Shown here: positions 42,239-53,547 of the stretch, piece by piece
Numbering within the stretch: position 1 is the stretch's first letter
How the letters are laid out: each line of letters starts with the position of its first letter
Program-made: the position numbers and the translations under genes
NCBI GenBank assembly: GCA_964016885.1
Contig: OZ024742.1
Coordinates: 345,402,001 to 345,466,000 of the forward strand
Source: Eledone cirrhosa
Lineage: Eukaryota
DNA length: 64,000 bases
Direction: 5' to 3'
The notes under the pieces: model-generated
Seen by the model: only the letters and a program-made list of their open reading frames with translations
Told to the model about the DNA's origin: nothing
The model's database searches: none

Positions 42239-43177
42239 ATATGCCTATATGTATGCACATATAGAAACATATTTAGACATCAAATACTCTTTAACAAACG
42301 AAATGATATTATTTGTCATTGGAAATATATCTCTACAATATCGAATATAATAATAATTGAAATTATGACGTAAAATATCTTCATTGAAGTTCAGTTTGTT
42401 TCTCTTATTGACAACTTCATTTATTTTCCCATTATCGATAATATTTATTATTGATCAGTTCAATCCACTGCCTTTTGAAAGTACGTCGTTAATGGAGCAG
42501 ATATAGAAAGAGAAATATCTAAAAGTCACTGTGTCACTTGACGAAAAATTATTACAGTTTCTGAAATAGAAAACAAAAGGAACAATTCTTTTCTTCTCTT
42601 TTCTTCTTTTAATAGTTTCAATCATTTTATCAATCATTGATTGGAATGATGGGACGGACCTCCATATGTTACGAGGATGACTATTCCAGTTGTTCGATTA
42701 ACGAAATAGCTTGCTCGTTAAATTAACGTGTAATTAGCCGAAAATTGCAAGGCCACATAGTATAATTCTCATCATGACACAGAGCGTGATAAAGCTACCC
42801 TATTACAGGTATAACTCATCTGACGGGCTTCCAAACAGTTTCCGTCTACTCAAGTTCATACAAAAGGCCTGACACTTGCTCAAGATGCCATGCTGTGGGA
42901 TCGAATCCGTTATTTAATGATTGTGAAACTTCTTACTCATTGTGCCATGTTACGTCAAATCTCTAGGAATCATTTATGGGTACATTCTGTCCCCGAATAA
43001 ATCATTAATTAACAAAATAGTTTTTAAAATCTCCATTTCCTCCATTCCTCCAACTAATCAAGAAGGTTATCTCCCATTTATTTTCGTTATAATTTATTAT
43101 TGTTAGCTTTCGTGTGGTTTTCTTCACTTGAGTATATACTGCCATTAAACGTTATACATACATATATATATATATGA

Positions 43178-43238
<61 letters not shown>

Positions 43239-43333
43239 AACGTATACTCATATATATACTATCCAGGAAGCTCCAACCGCTAAAGTTGTCTTTTTTTCCG
43301 GGTATGTCAATATTTATTTATAAAACAAATTTG

Positions 43334-43399
43334 TATTTTATCTGATGAAAGCGCACCATAATTTGCCTTGGTGGTCCTTGAAATATGTATAATAAAATA
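43334..43399 (+). ncRNA. Minimal type I hammerhead ribozyme, family A
   Basis: 8-bp stem I TATTTTAT/ATAAAATA; CUGAUGA; stem II AAG..CACCA/UGGUG..CUU; GAAA UAUGUAU A. Confidence 0.8.
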
Positions 43400-43537
43400 A
43401 ATATGGTTTTATAAATATAGTTTCCATTTATTAATATATTGTGTATTTACTCCACTAAACTGTTGAGTGCTTTATATAAGTTATAAAAATGTTTAAGCTT
43501 GTTGAATCCCAACAAATTAAATATAATCTCTGCATAT

Positions 43538-43582
<45 letters not shown>

Positions 43583-43683
43583 GAGGTTATATATATATAT
43601 ATATATATATAGCTTCTATAATTTTCGGCGGAAGCAGGGGTGCATGGCTCTGATGATCCCCGAACACCGTAAACAGACTGTTA

Positions 43684-43931
43684 TACTCTCGTGTATGGAA
43701 TTAGCTATCTGCTGGATGCTTTCCATTGTGCTACGTTCTAAATCAAACTTGTTAGTGCCCTCTTGTGGGGATGTTCTTATATCTATATTGATATCGTCTA
43801 CGTAACGAGAGTACATGATGAGGTCTATGGAGCTCTCATTAAGGAGATATTTAAGTCTCCTTTCCCACCATACCATGAAAAGGTTGGCAACATCACCAGC
43901 TATGCTGACGCCAATCGCTGCTCCCTCATTT
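43684..43931 (-). pseudogene. Penelope-like reverse transcriptase fragment, inverted relative to the adjacent 3' end
   Basis: EGAAIGVSIAGDVANLFMVWWE..YSRYVDD. Confidence 0.8.
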
Positions 43932-44590
43932 AGGCAAATCAGAGAGGCCAGTGAAATAGAACTTAGAAGGCCAAGACTAAACAGAAAGAATGAATAGAAT
44001 AACAACAACACCCAAACAAACAACACTGACCTAAGAGAAGTATAAATAAATACATAAATAAATAGATAAATAAATAAATAAATACATACACAAGCACAAT
44101 AACAACAAACACATATAAACACACACTAGTCACCCAATCACGAACACACATCAAACAAAACACTATACACACACGCAAACGCATGCGCAAAGAAGACAAA
44201 ATAAAATAAACAAACAAACAAATAAATAAATAAATATATAGACAGACTAAATAACAATGGCGTAGACATACAATGTAACGGGAGGAAACAATAGCACCAC
44301 TGACGATGTTGCAGATGTGCAACGAAAGAACTTTGATAAACTATATATATGTGTTTGTGTCTATATTGTATCTGTATTATTTTTGACCGTCGGTCAGTCA
44401 ATGGCAACATTGAGGACCGAATAAATTAGATTACCGATATAAAAGACACAGAAGCGAAAAGCAAAAAAACAACCAAACAGTGAGTGTGTTCTGTTATTAA
44501 TTCTGGCAATATTACACAAATATGACCCTCCCCAAGTATAACGATATTTGTTTCGACACACGATTTCATATAAAAAACCTCGCAAAACTA
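43932..44590 (+). mobile_element. PLE 3' end: GIY-YIG C-terminus, 3' UTR and HHR
   Basis: RQIREASEIELRRPRLNRKNE*; HHR at 44298-44335; ends at TA tract; terminus homologous to 52065-52147. Confidence 0.7.
44298..44335 (+). ncRNA. Minimal hammerhead ribozyme, family D
   Basis: CA CUGACGA U GUUGCA GAUG UGCAAC GAAA G AA C U U UG. Confidence 0.7.
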
Positions 44591-44726
44591 TATATAAATA
44601 TATATATAAGAAAAAGTATGACCCCTACGGCAAATACAAGCCTTTTCAGGACTCATGGTGCGTTATGGTCCATCTTGTTACTTTCCCCAATTCCTTTGTT
44701 ATATATATATATATCTAAATATATAC

Positions 44727-44823
<97 letters not shown>

Positions 44824-45039
44824 TAAGTTAAAGTGTACATCTACATATGTATACGGAAGTACTAGTATGCATATAAATACACACATGTATACATATGTAC
44901 ATGTACCGAGTTTTTCACTAGACACTTTACAGTGAGTGTCCAGCTAGTCTGTATGTAAACAAACAGACGAACCGGGTTTTAAAGTCATACGAGTTTTCAA
45001 GGAAACACACTTCCTCTATTCTCCAGAGAGCCAGACAGG

Positions 45040-45084
45040 AATATTCGACTAGTTTCGATGTTATTACATCTCATCAGCAATATT
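45040..45084 (-). ncRNA. Minimal type I hammerhead ribozyme, family E, copy 1
   Basis: Full catalytic core, palindromic stem III ACUAGU, GUC site, G-G mismatch at first stem I pair; stem I extends as a hairpin 45018-45112. Confidence 0.8.
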
Positions 45085-45509
45085 TACCCATCTTCCGGCT
45101 TCTCTGGAGAATTGTAAAAGGACATATCGTTATATGCTTTTTCTATGAAAATCAGTAGTGGGCAGACTAATTTGCATAGAACGTGAGTCATTGTACGCAC
45201 CGGTTCAGCGGAAACGATAAAAACAAATAACGAAACGAAATTAAATTTCGTTTCGCTTCTAACTCACTTTTGTATGACTGACGCTTAAACAATTAAGTTA
45301 AAGTGTACATCTACATATGTATACGGAAGTACTAGTATGCATATAAATACACACATGTATACATATGTACATGTACCGAGTTTTTTACTAGACACTTTAC
45401 AGTGAGTGTCCAGCTAGTCTGTATGTAAACAAACAGACGAACCGGGTTTTAAAGTCATACGAGTTTTCAAGGAAACACACTTCCTCTATTCTCCAGAGAG
45501 CCAGACAGG

Positions 45510-45554
45510 AATATTCGACTAGTTTCGATGTTATTACATCTCATCAGCAATATT
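45510..45554 (-). ncRNA. Minimal type I hammerhead ribozyme, family E, copy 2
   Basis: Identical to 45040-45084. Confidence 0.8.
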
Positions 45555-45678
45555 TACCCATCTTCCGGCTTCTCTGGAGAATTGTAAAAGCACATATCGT
45601 TATATGCTTTTTCTATGAAAATCAGTAGTGGGCAGACTAACTCACTTTTGTATGACTGACGCTTAAACAATTAAGTTC

Positions 45679-46153
45679 AATCTCCGCACCCTCCTCGTCC
45701 ACAGCTCCCTCCCCCCCCACGCTCCCCCCCCCCCACGGTTCCTTCCCCTGTTCTAGGCCCCGCTGCAACACCTGTCCCCAAATCACCAACACCACCACCT
45801 TCCAGGGTCCCAACGGCCACCCTCTCTCGGTCCGGCATGCCTTCCGCTGCACCTCCTCCAACCTAGTCTACGGACTTCGTTGCACGAGGTGCAGCGCGAC
45901 TTATGTCGGACAGACGGGACGCCGCCTGGCGGACCGAGTCACGGAGCACCTCCGGGACATTCGTCTCGGGGGCAGTTCCCCCATCGCCCGCCACTTTGGT
46001 GGCCCTGGACACTCCGCACGCCATCTCACAGTCTGTGGCCTACTCCAGTGCCACGGAACACCCGCCCATCGCCTTACGGTCGAACAACGTACTATCTTCA
46101 TCTTACAGACCCACACTCCCCCCGGCCTGAACTCCCCACCCTTATTCCTTTAG
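45679..46153 (+). pseudogene. GIY-YIG endonuclease of a Neptune-like PLE; absent from the ORF track (no ATG), frameshift in a poly-C run
   Basis: NLRTLLVHS / PCSRPRCNTC..FRCTSSNLVYGLRCTRCSATYVGQTGRRLADRVTEH..IARHF..EQRTIFILQTHTPPGLN. Confidence 0.88.
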
Positions 46154-46637
46154 CGTTCGACCGCCCCCCTCCCCCCACACTTATCCCCCACTAACACCAC
46201 TAACACACCCCTCCTTTTCAGCGCCCACCCCACACTAACAATACTAACACCTCCACTCCACCCCTCATCTGACCACCCTTCCCCAACTAACATACTAACA
46301 TCCCTTCCCTCCCCTCTTCTCCTCCTCCCCCTCCTTATCACACGCACACACGCACCCACTTACACCACCCACCCCCACGCAACTAACATCACTAACACCC
46401 TCCAACCCCACGCACACGTACCCACACACCCTTGTACACCACCAACTCTACACACCCTACCCCCACTAACCCCCACTCACACCTGCATTCCACCCCTCCC
46501 CACCTCCCGTATATTAACACCCACTAACACCTCTTCACCAAACTACACACACACCAGTACACCACACTCCCTCCATAGAACCACACACACTCTTCTCTCC
46601 CCACTCCACACTCACTCATCCCACTAACACCCCACTA

Positions 46638-46677
<40 letters not shown>

Positions 46678-47514
46678 CCCTCACTCCAACTCTCACACCT
46701 ACCCATCCTCGCCTCCCTACCATTCCGCCGACTGCTGCTATGCCCTTCCGACCACTGTCTCAGCACCAACTGACCACAGCACTTCCACTGCTGACCACTT
46801 CCTGTTGCGCGCGCACCCCACATCTCTCCTCTTCCGACCACCGCTTCTTGGATTACCCACACGCGTTTTGACTTCTCACCAAAATCTCCATACATCCGTG
46901 TAACTTACCACTTTTCAACCACCCTCTTACACCATCACCTATATAACTCACCCACACACACACACCCCAAAACAAATTTTTTTATCCACACGCCACCCAC
47001 ACCCACAACACGCTTAAACCACACACACGTGCTTCCCACCACATATTTACACCCTCAGCCCCCTGATTCCTCTCCCCCCACCCCCCTATCCACACACGCA
47101 CAGACCCTCCGACCCACAAAAACACCCCCACACACACCTTCCTGAACATGCAACCCCGTTCTTCCCCCAACCCTCACTTTCACATACACACACACACACA
47201 CACACACGCACACCTAACCACACACACCACCTTCAGCCCTCCCCGCTCGGACACCCCGTCTCCCTCTCCCCACTCCACCCGCCACCACCTCTACTCACCC
47301 CACATCCTTCCACCACCTCTTTACCCCCCTTTTAATTTCAGTTTATTTTGATCATGCCTTTATTTTTAAATTTTCTCATTCCTTGTATTTTGATCATGCT
47401 TTATTTTTATTTATTATTTATTATATTTTTGTCTTTATTTGTTAATTTTTCATTCGCACCGTTTCCTTTCGCTATATGTCTCTCCACCACTCCCCTACAC
47501 ACCTTTTGAACTCT

Positions 47515-47548
47515 CACCTGAAGAAGGGCTTATGCCCGAAACGTCGTC
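47515..47548 (+). ncRNA. Minimal hammerhead ribozyme of the Neptune-like terminus
   Basis: AC CUGAAGA A GGGC UUAU GCCC GAAAC GUC GU; palindromic stem III ACGU. Confidence 0.75.
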
Positions 47549-47666
47549 CCCCACCTACCCCCCACTCTCCTGAGCGTGAATTTAATAAACCTTTGTCGTA
47601 CTGCTTCTCTGTTCTGTCCCTGTTCAATTTTTCATTATATATATATATATATATATATAGATATAT

Positions 47667-47744
<78 letters not shown>

Positions 47745-47849
47745 CTAAGGCGGGTAAAATTCCCGAGATCCATGGACGAGTTCTCTCCAGCGGTCTCTCT
47801 CCCTTATTCTCATTACCGCTGAATGTTGAGCATGGCTCTGAAGATTAAT

Positions 47850-48067
47850 CAGTATACACTGAGGATAAAAAACTCAGAGCTGTATGGGAGCATCCCAAAA
47901 GTCAGCTCAAAAGTTACACAGAGGAGACTGAGGTTAGCTGGACATGCTCACCGACATCCAGAGTTGACATTGCATTCAGTGCTCCTTTGGGAGCCCCTAC
48001 ATGGACACACTAGAAGAGGAAGACCAAGGTTAACGTATGTTGATGCCCTAAGGACAGACACTGGCAG

Positions 48068-48069
<2 letters not shown>
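47850..48069 (+). mobile_element. RTE-type LINE C-terminal fragment
   Basis: QRRLRLAGHAHRHPE..LLWEPLHGHTRRGRPRLTYVDALRTDTG. Confidence 0.8.
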
Positions 48070-48104
<35 letters not shown>

Positions 48105-48167
48105 TTTATGCCGGGTTCAATCGGAGGTAAGCACAGTAAGTAAGGTACTCAATACAAAGCAGAGTAT

Positions 48168-48269
48168 AAATATTTAATATAGAAAAGCTTCTACGGGACT
48201 AGAACTGTTTAATTCGTGAGAAATCATCGCGAAAGAAACAGTTCTAGTCCTGTAGAAGCATTTCTATAT

Positions 48270-48275
<6 letters not shown>
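48168..48275. repeat. ~42-bp fold-back adjacent to (TA)n with a decayed HHR 3' half
   Basis: TATTTAATATAGAAA.GCTTCTAC.GGACTAGAACTGTTT mirrored; GAAAC AGTTCTA GTC. Confidence 0.75.
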
Positions 48276-48316
<41 letters not shown>

Positions 48317-48317
48317 A

Positions 48318-48413
48318 CGTGTGTCAAAAAAATGTATACATACTTTGATTAACTGCACAAGCAATATTTATTAGAATGATGTTGATGCGTGTATACATTT
48401 CTGGGACACCCTG
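48318..48413. mobile_element. ~96-bp Tc1/mariner MITE
   Basis: rc right end CAGGGTGTCCCAGAAATGTATACAC; left end C-GTGTGTCAAAAAAATGTATACAT; TA flanks. Confidence 0.6.
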
Positions 48414-48687
48414 TATGTATGTATATATATTTATATATATAGATAGATAGATAGATAGATAGATAGAGGGAGGAGGAGAGGGAGAGAGAAGAACCAAGTT
48501 ATACTCAGAATATATCTTTATTCAGCATGTGTTTCAATGTAGAGAGGTTGGCCATAGCACTATACATACGAGGTATTTGCTCATCGCTCTACACTTTACT
48601 GATAAAAGATTACCGTCGGGTAATTTGGAATATTTAATAAGACATCGTGTAATTCTATCTCTGTTATCGTCTTTCCTAATCCTGAAC

Positions 48688-48766
<79 letters not shown>

Positions 48767-48878
48767 GTCCTGGCGTATTAGGATATCTAATATCGAACTT
48801 GCACGACGAAACCGCAGTCGGCATATATGAAGTAAGTTCAGATAATTTCTTATAAATTTAACTTACTGGCTCCTCCCA

Positions 48879-48924
<46 letters not shown>

Positions 48925-48930
<6 letters not shown>

Positions 48931-49387
48931 TAAATGGAGACTATATTTATAAAACCATATTTATTTTATTATACATATTTCAAGGGCAACCAAGGCAAAT
49001 TATGGTGCGCTTTCATCAGATAAAATACAGATTTGTTTTAGAAATAAATATTGACATACCCGGAAAAAAGACAACCTTAACGGTTGGAGCTTCCTGGATA
49101 TTGGAAGCTCCACTATCCAGGAAGCTCCAACCGTTAAGGTTGTCTTTTTCTTTTCCGAGTATGTCAATATTTATTTATAAAACACATCTGTATTTTATCT
49201 GATGAAAACGCACCATAATTTGCCTTGGTTGCCCTTGAAATATGAATAATAAAATAAATATGGTTTTATAAATATAGATTCCATTTATTAATATATTGTG
49301 TATTTACTCCACTAAACTGTTGAGTGCTTTATATCAGTTATAAAAATGTTTAAGCTTGTTGAATCCCAACAAATTAAATATAATCTC

Positions 49388-49391
<4 letters not shown>
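48925..49391. mobile_element. Family A fold-back with HHRs on both strands (48962-49027 minus; 49191-49256 plus)
   Basis: ~175-bp arms; right arm continues ~100 bp further to TAATCTCTGC(AT)n. Confidence 0.85.
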
Positions 49392-49429
<38 letters not shown>

Positions 49430-49449
49430 GAGGTTATATATATCTATAA

Positions 49450-49539
49450 TTTTCGGCGGAAGCAGGGGGTGCGTGATTCTGATGATCGCCGAACAGCGTG
49501 AAACAGATTGTTAGCTTACCTCCCTTCTTTCGCCGAAAA
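49450..49539 (+). ncRNA. Type I hammerhead ribozyme, family B, with long stem I
   Basis: UUUUCGGCGGAAG..CUGAUGA U CGC CGAACA GCG U GAAAC AGAUU GUU AGCU..CUUUCGCCGAAAA; truncated copy at 43621-43683. Confidence 0.7.
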
Positions 49540-49642
49540 GAAGTAAGTGACGTAGGCACTACTTTAAAACCGATAGCGTATGGCCTTTTAAATGATTTTA
49601 ATTAAACATACGGTATATTGCCAAATATACTATACATACATT

Positions 49643-49752
<110 letters not shown>

Positions 49753-50149
49753 CAAATAAAAGCAGTGTTATATACTCATATTAATACCCTGTAATTACCA
49801 AACTCAAAGTATAAATACTTTATGGTCTGAGTTCAAATCCCGCCGATGTTAACTTCGCCTTTCATCCTTACAGGTTCAATAAAATAAAGTACCAGTAATG
49901 TACTGGGTAATTGCTGACCTTGTGCCAAAAGTAGAAACAATTATATAATATATATAGTCATAAACACTATATTTTTACCCTCGTAATTTTAAACACACAA
50001 TTTACTGTGTTTATTACTATATATATTTTTGAATCAGTATGAGTATTTCTTTAGAACTGCTGGAGTAGCAACAGATACCTCAGGCACTGATGGTGATTAT
50101 CGCTAAATACTGATATTGGTTAGATTATCAATATTAGTATTATTGGGCA

Positions 50150-50276
50150 CCCACTGATGAATTATAAGAGCCCACGTGAATATATATCTGTTGATCTTAT
50201 ACAAGCTCCTACATAAATTGATATAATTTCACCCAAATTGTAAGAATCTTATAATGAAACGAGACGTCCGTCTGGG
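50150..50276 (+). ncRNA. Type I hammerhead ribozyme with 77-nt stem II loop
   Basis: CCCA CUGAUGA AUUAUAAGA [77 nt] UCUUAUAAU GAAACG AGACGUC CGUC UGGG. Confidence 0.72.
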
Positions 50277-50456
50277 AAGAGATATATTCGATATGTCTCA
50301 TATGAAATAATACAGTCAATTTTTCACACAATACCGAACATTTAATTAGGAATATACTCACTTATTTCCTAATGTTTGTTGAGTGAGTTGGAATTTGGCC
50401 GGGTATCGCTAAAAGCTTTCTCCGATAATGTATTTATTTATATATATATATATATA

Positions 50457-51733
50457 CAGGGTGGGGCATAATTCCTGTTACAAAGTTTTAAATCAATTTA
50501 AAAATACATTATGTTGCTAATATAACTAATATAATTGTATCAAATCTATTGACTATAACCATATTAACTATTTTTCAGAACATTACTCCATTAACAATTT
50601 GCAATGTCCATAGAATTGAAAAGAAATTTCTTAATAGAGAAGCATGAAAAAGGCCTGACTCCACCCAAGATATTTAAACTGGGGGAAATTCTTAAGATCA
50701 ATAGAATGTTGATCAAAAGGACAATCGATTGATTTAAGGAAACTTCCTCGACCAAAGACAGACCTCAATCCGGACGCCCTCGCACCTCAAGAACACCAAA
50801 ACTCATTAAAAGTGTGACGGAAAAAATAAGGCGTAATCCAAGAATGTCCATGAGAAAAATGGCAGAAGAAGCAGAAACATTACCGAGAACTATGCGGAGG
50901 ATATGTCGAGATGATCTGGGGATGTCACCCTGTAAGTTCCAAAAGAGGCAGCTTCTTTCTGCAGCCACAATTGAAAAGAGGCTCTCCAGAAGTAAACTGT
51001 TATTGAACTGTATCAAGGATGGCACGCTGCAAAACATCATCTTTACAGATGAGAAGTTATTCACTGTGCAGCAGTCTCACAATCATCAAAATGATCGAGT
51101 ACTTGCAAAAAGTCTCAAATCAATTCCTTCAAGTGTAGGAAAAGTGTTCAGAACACAGAAACCAGCATCAGTGATGGTTTGGGCAGCCATTTCTGAAAGA
51201 GGGAAGTCTCCTCTGATTTTTGTGCCTCAAGGAGTTAAAATTAACAAAGAACTTTACATAAAGGATATTTTGGAAGGAGCACTGATGCCATGGTGCATAT
51301 TTGTTTATGGCGATGACATTTGGACTCTCCAACAAGATGGAGCGATGTGCCACACTGCTCGCGTAACTCAACAGTGGTGTAGAGACCATTCTCTTGCATG
51401 GATCAGTAAGGATCTCAACCCTCTCGATTTTTCTTTATGGTCAATTCTTGAGACTGAAGCCTGCTCTACTCCTAGCCAAAATATTGAAACTCTAAAATCA
51501 AAACTGAATAAAGTATGGGAGAAAATACCCATGGAAACTGTTCGTGCAGCCATCGAAAACTTTCCTAGAAGTCTTCGAGCGGTAGTGAGAGCTAGAGGAA
51601 AGCATTTCGAATAAAGTGTTGTGTAGTTGTTTAATAGTATATTACTTACTATTTGTTGAAGTCAGATCTTGAAATAAATGTTTTTTTCAAGAACTATTTG
51701 CCTTTTATTTTGTAACAGTTTTTATGCCCCATC

Positions 51734-51736
<3 letters not shown>
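50457..51736 (+). mobile_element. Tc1/mariner DD37D (maT-like) DNA transposon, near full length, inserted in (TA)n
   Basis: 28-bp TIRs CAGG(G/A)TGGGGCATAA..CTGTTACAAA; TA flanks; internal transposase. Confidence 0.93.
50604..51614 (+). pseudogene. DD37D transposase pseudogene
   Basis: ATG 50604 in frame with ORF 50814-51614; premature TGA at 50730; SGRPR, FTDEK, VMVWAAIS, QQDGA, DLNPLDF motifs. Confidence 0.9.
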
Positions 51737-51805
<69 letters not shown>

Positions 51806-51953
51806 ATACTTTGGGAGGGTCATGTTGCCAATAAGAAACACACGCACCAGTTGCTTTCACTTCAATTTATTATAAATTAAATTTATAAATTTAGGAATTT
51901 ATAAATTTCCGGTTGGTTGGTTGGTTCCACAACCAGACGATTGTTCATATATT

Positions 51954-51996
51954 GTCAAAGTTCTTTCGTCACACATTCTGTGACCTCTTCAGTGAC
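51954..51996 (-). ncRNA. Minimal hammerhead ribozyme, family D, in a TA-flanked PLE terminus (51800-52147)
   Basis: rc GUCA CUGAAGA G GUCACA GAAUG UGUGAC GAAA G AA C U U UGAC. Confidence 0.75.
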
Positions 51997-52144
51997 TGGG
52001 GATTCTTTTCTTTGTTTATATGCCTCTCCTTTGTTCTGTCCTACGCCATCTTGTTTTTGTCAACATGATCCTCTCAAAGTATAACAATATCGGTTTCAAC
52101 ACACGTTTTCAGATAAAGAATCTTGCTAAACAAATTCAGAAACG

Positions 52145-52220
<76 letters not shown>

Positions 52221-52559
52221 ATATATATAACGTAGGAGTTGTGTTAAGGAACCAGATGGACCATAACGCACCAGAGTACACAATACTTAGGAGTCCAGAA
52301 ATAGACGTCGAAGTGGTGGAGCTGTACCAGGAGTTACTTGGCCCTGGAGCTGTGTGTGCACTGGAACTGAAGTCAGCACCTTTGATTGGAATCGAACGCC
52401 TGAACATTACACCCGTGCCTCTGTCTATATCATTAGTTAATTATGTTTACCATAAAACACATTACTGTTTTTATCTGATTAAAAGATTTCAAACGATAAA
52501 AATTTCATTTGCAGCAGAAAAGAAAATATTTGATTTGTACCTCTCTATGAGTGGATGAA

Positions 52560-52595
52560 TGGTTGTCATTTATTGTGTTGCTGTTGTTGTTGCTG

Positions 52596-52627
<32 letters not shown>

Positions 52628-52782
52628 GGTGGTGGTGGTGGTGTTGTTGTTGTTGTTGCTGTTGCTGATGGTGCTGTTTTTGTTGTTGTTGGCGGTGGTG
52701 GTGGTGCTGGTGGTGGTGTTGGTGATGTTGTTGTTTTTGTTGTTGTTGTTTTTGTTGCCGTTGGTGTTGTTGGTGTTGTTGG

Positions 52783-52816
<34 letters not shown>

Positions 52817-53105
52817 GCTGTTGGCGGGGGTGGTGTTGGTGGTGTTGGTGGTGTTGGTGATGTTGTTGTTTTTGTTGTTGTTGTTATTTCTGTTGCCGTT
52901 GGTGTTGTTGTTATTGTTGTTTTTGTTGATGGTGGTGGTGGTGGTGGTGCTGGTGTTGTTGTTGTTTTTGCTGTTGCCGTTGTTGTTGTTGTTGTTTTTT
53001 TTGTTTTTTTTTTATGATGATGATGATGATGATGATGACGATGAGGACGATGATGATGAAGATGATGATGATTATGATGATGATGATGATGATTATGATG
53101 AAGAT
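52560..53105. repeat. Compound trinucleotide microsatellite (GTT/GGT)n then (GAT)n
   Basis: Direct inspection. Confidence 0.95.
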
Positions 53106-53262
53106 CCAGTAGCATGATAGCGATACTGAACAAAATCCTCTGTGGTTAGGAAGGCCTCTGAAAGTGTTATCTCATCCCTCAGCAGACGTGGTTGATTTAC
53201 GAAGCATTAGAAATATTTTAATTTCAAACTATAGTTGCCACAATGGGATAACCATAATAATA

Positions 53263-53525
53263 GTTCTTCTTCTTCTTCTTCTTCTTCTTCTTCTTCTTCT
53301 TCTTCTTCTTCTTCTTCTTCTTCTTCCTTCGAGGGTGGTGGGAGCTGATTTCTCTATCAGTCCTTCCAGCAGCTACTGTCAGAAGCAACCGTCTCCAACT
53401 GATCCATCTGGATCTCCAAGCGAGACTAGCCAAGCCCATGAATATTATGCAGCTATTCTGCTCACGGTCTACCCTTGGGTCTCCTGCTCGTTAGATTTGC
53501 CCGTAATATCTGAGGTGCGATCTCT
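53263..53525 (-). mobile_element. RTE-clade LINE 3' end with long (GAA)n tail
   Basis: About 20 CTT units followed by sequence homologous to the 14.0 and 31.6 kb copies. Confidence 0.75.
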
Positions 53526-53547
53526 ATATTTAGACAACCATAAATAT

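Larger units (their letters stand above)
44821..45677 (-). mobile_element. Tandem HHR-bearing repeat, HHR spacing 470 bp (PLE pseudo-LTR pair or retrozyme-like)
   Basis: 44821-45170 is nearly identical to 45291-45640; each has rc AAUAUUG CUGAUGA GAUG UAAUAA CAUC GAAAC UA GUC GAAUAUU. Confidence 0.85.
45678..47637 (+). mobile_element. 5'-truncated Neptune-like Penelope element
   Basis: GIY-YIG coding region, long C/A-rich 3' UTR, terminal HHR, AATAAA, ends in (TA)n. Confidence 0.85.

Noticed and set aside
45171-45262. Intron explaining the difference between the tandem copies
   Set aside because: The shorter copy keeps the GTGAGT donor-like motif; the deletion lies between CTAA microhomologies
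48515-48830. GAAAC..GTC/GCT half motifs near TA tracts
   Set aside because: CUGANGA half is absent or too decayed
52551-53133. Poly-L/V/D or mucin-like T/P ORFs
   Set aside because: Trinucleotide microsatellite; no flanking exon structure
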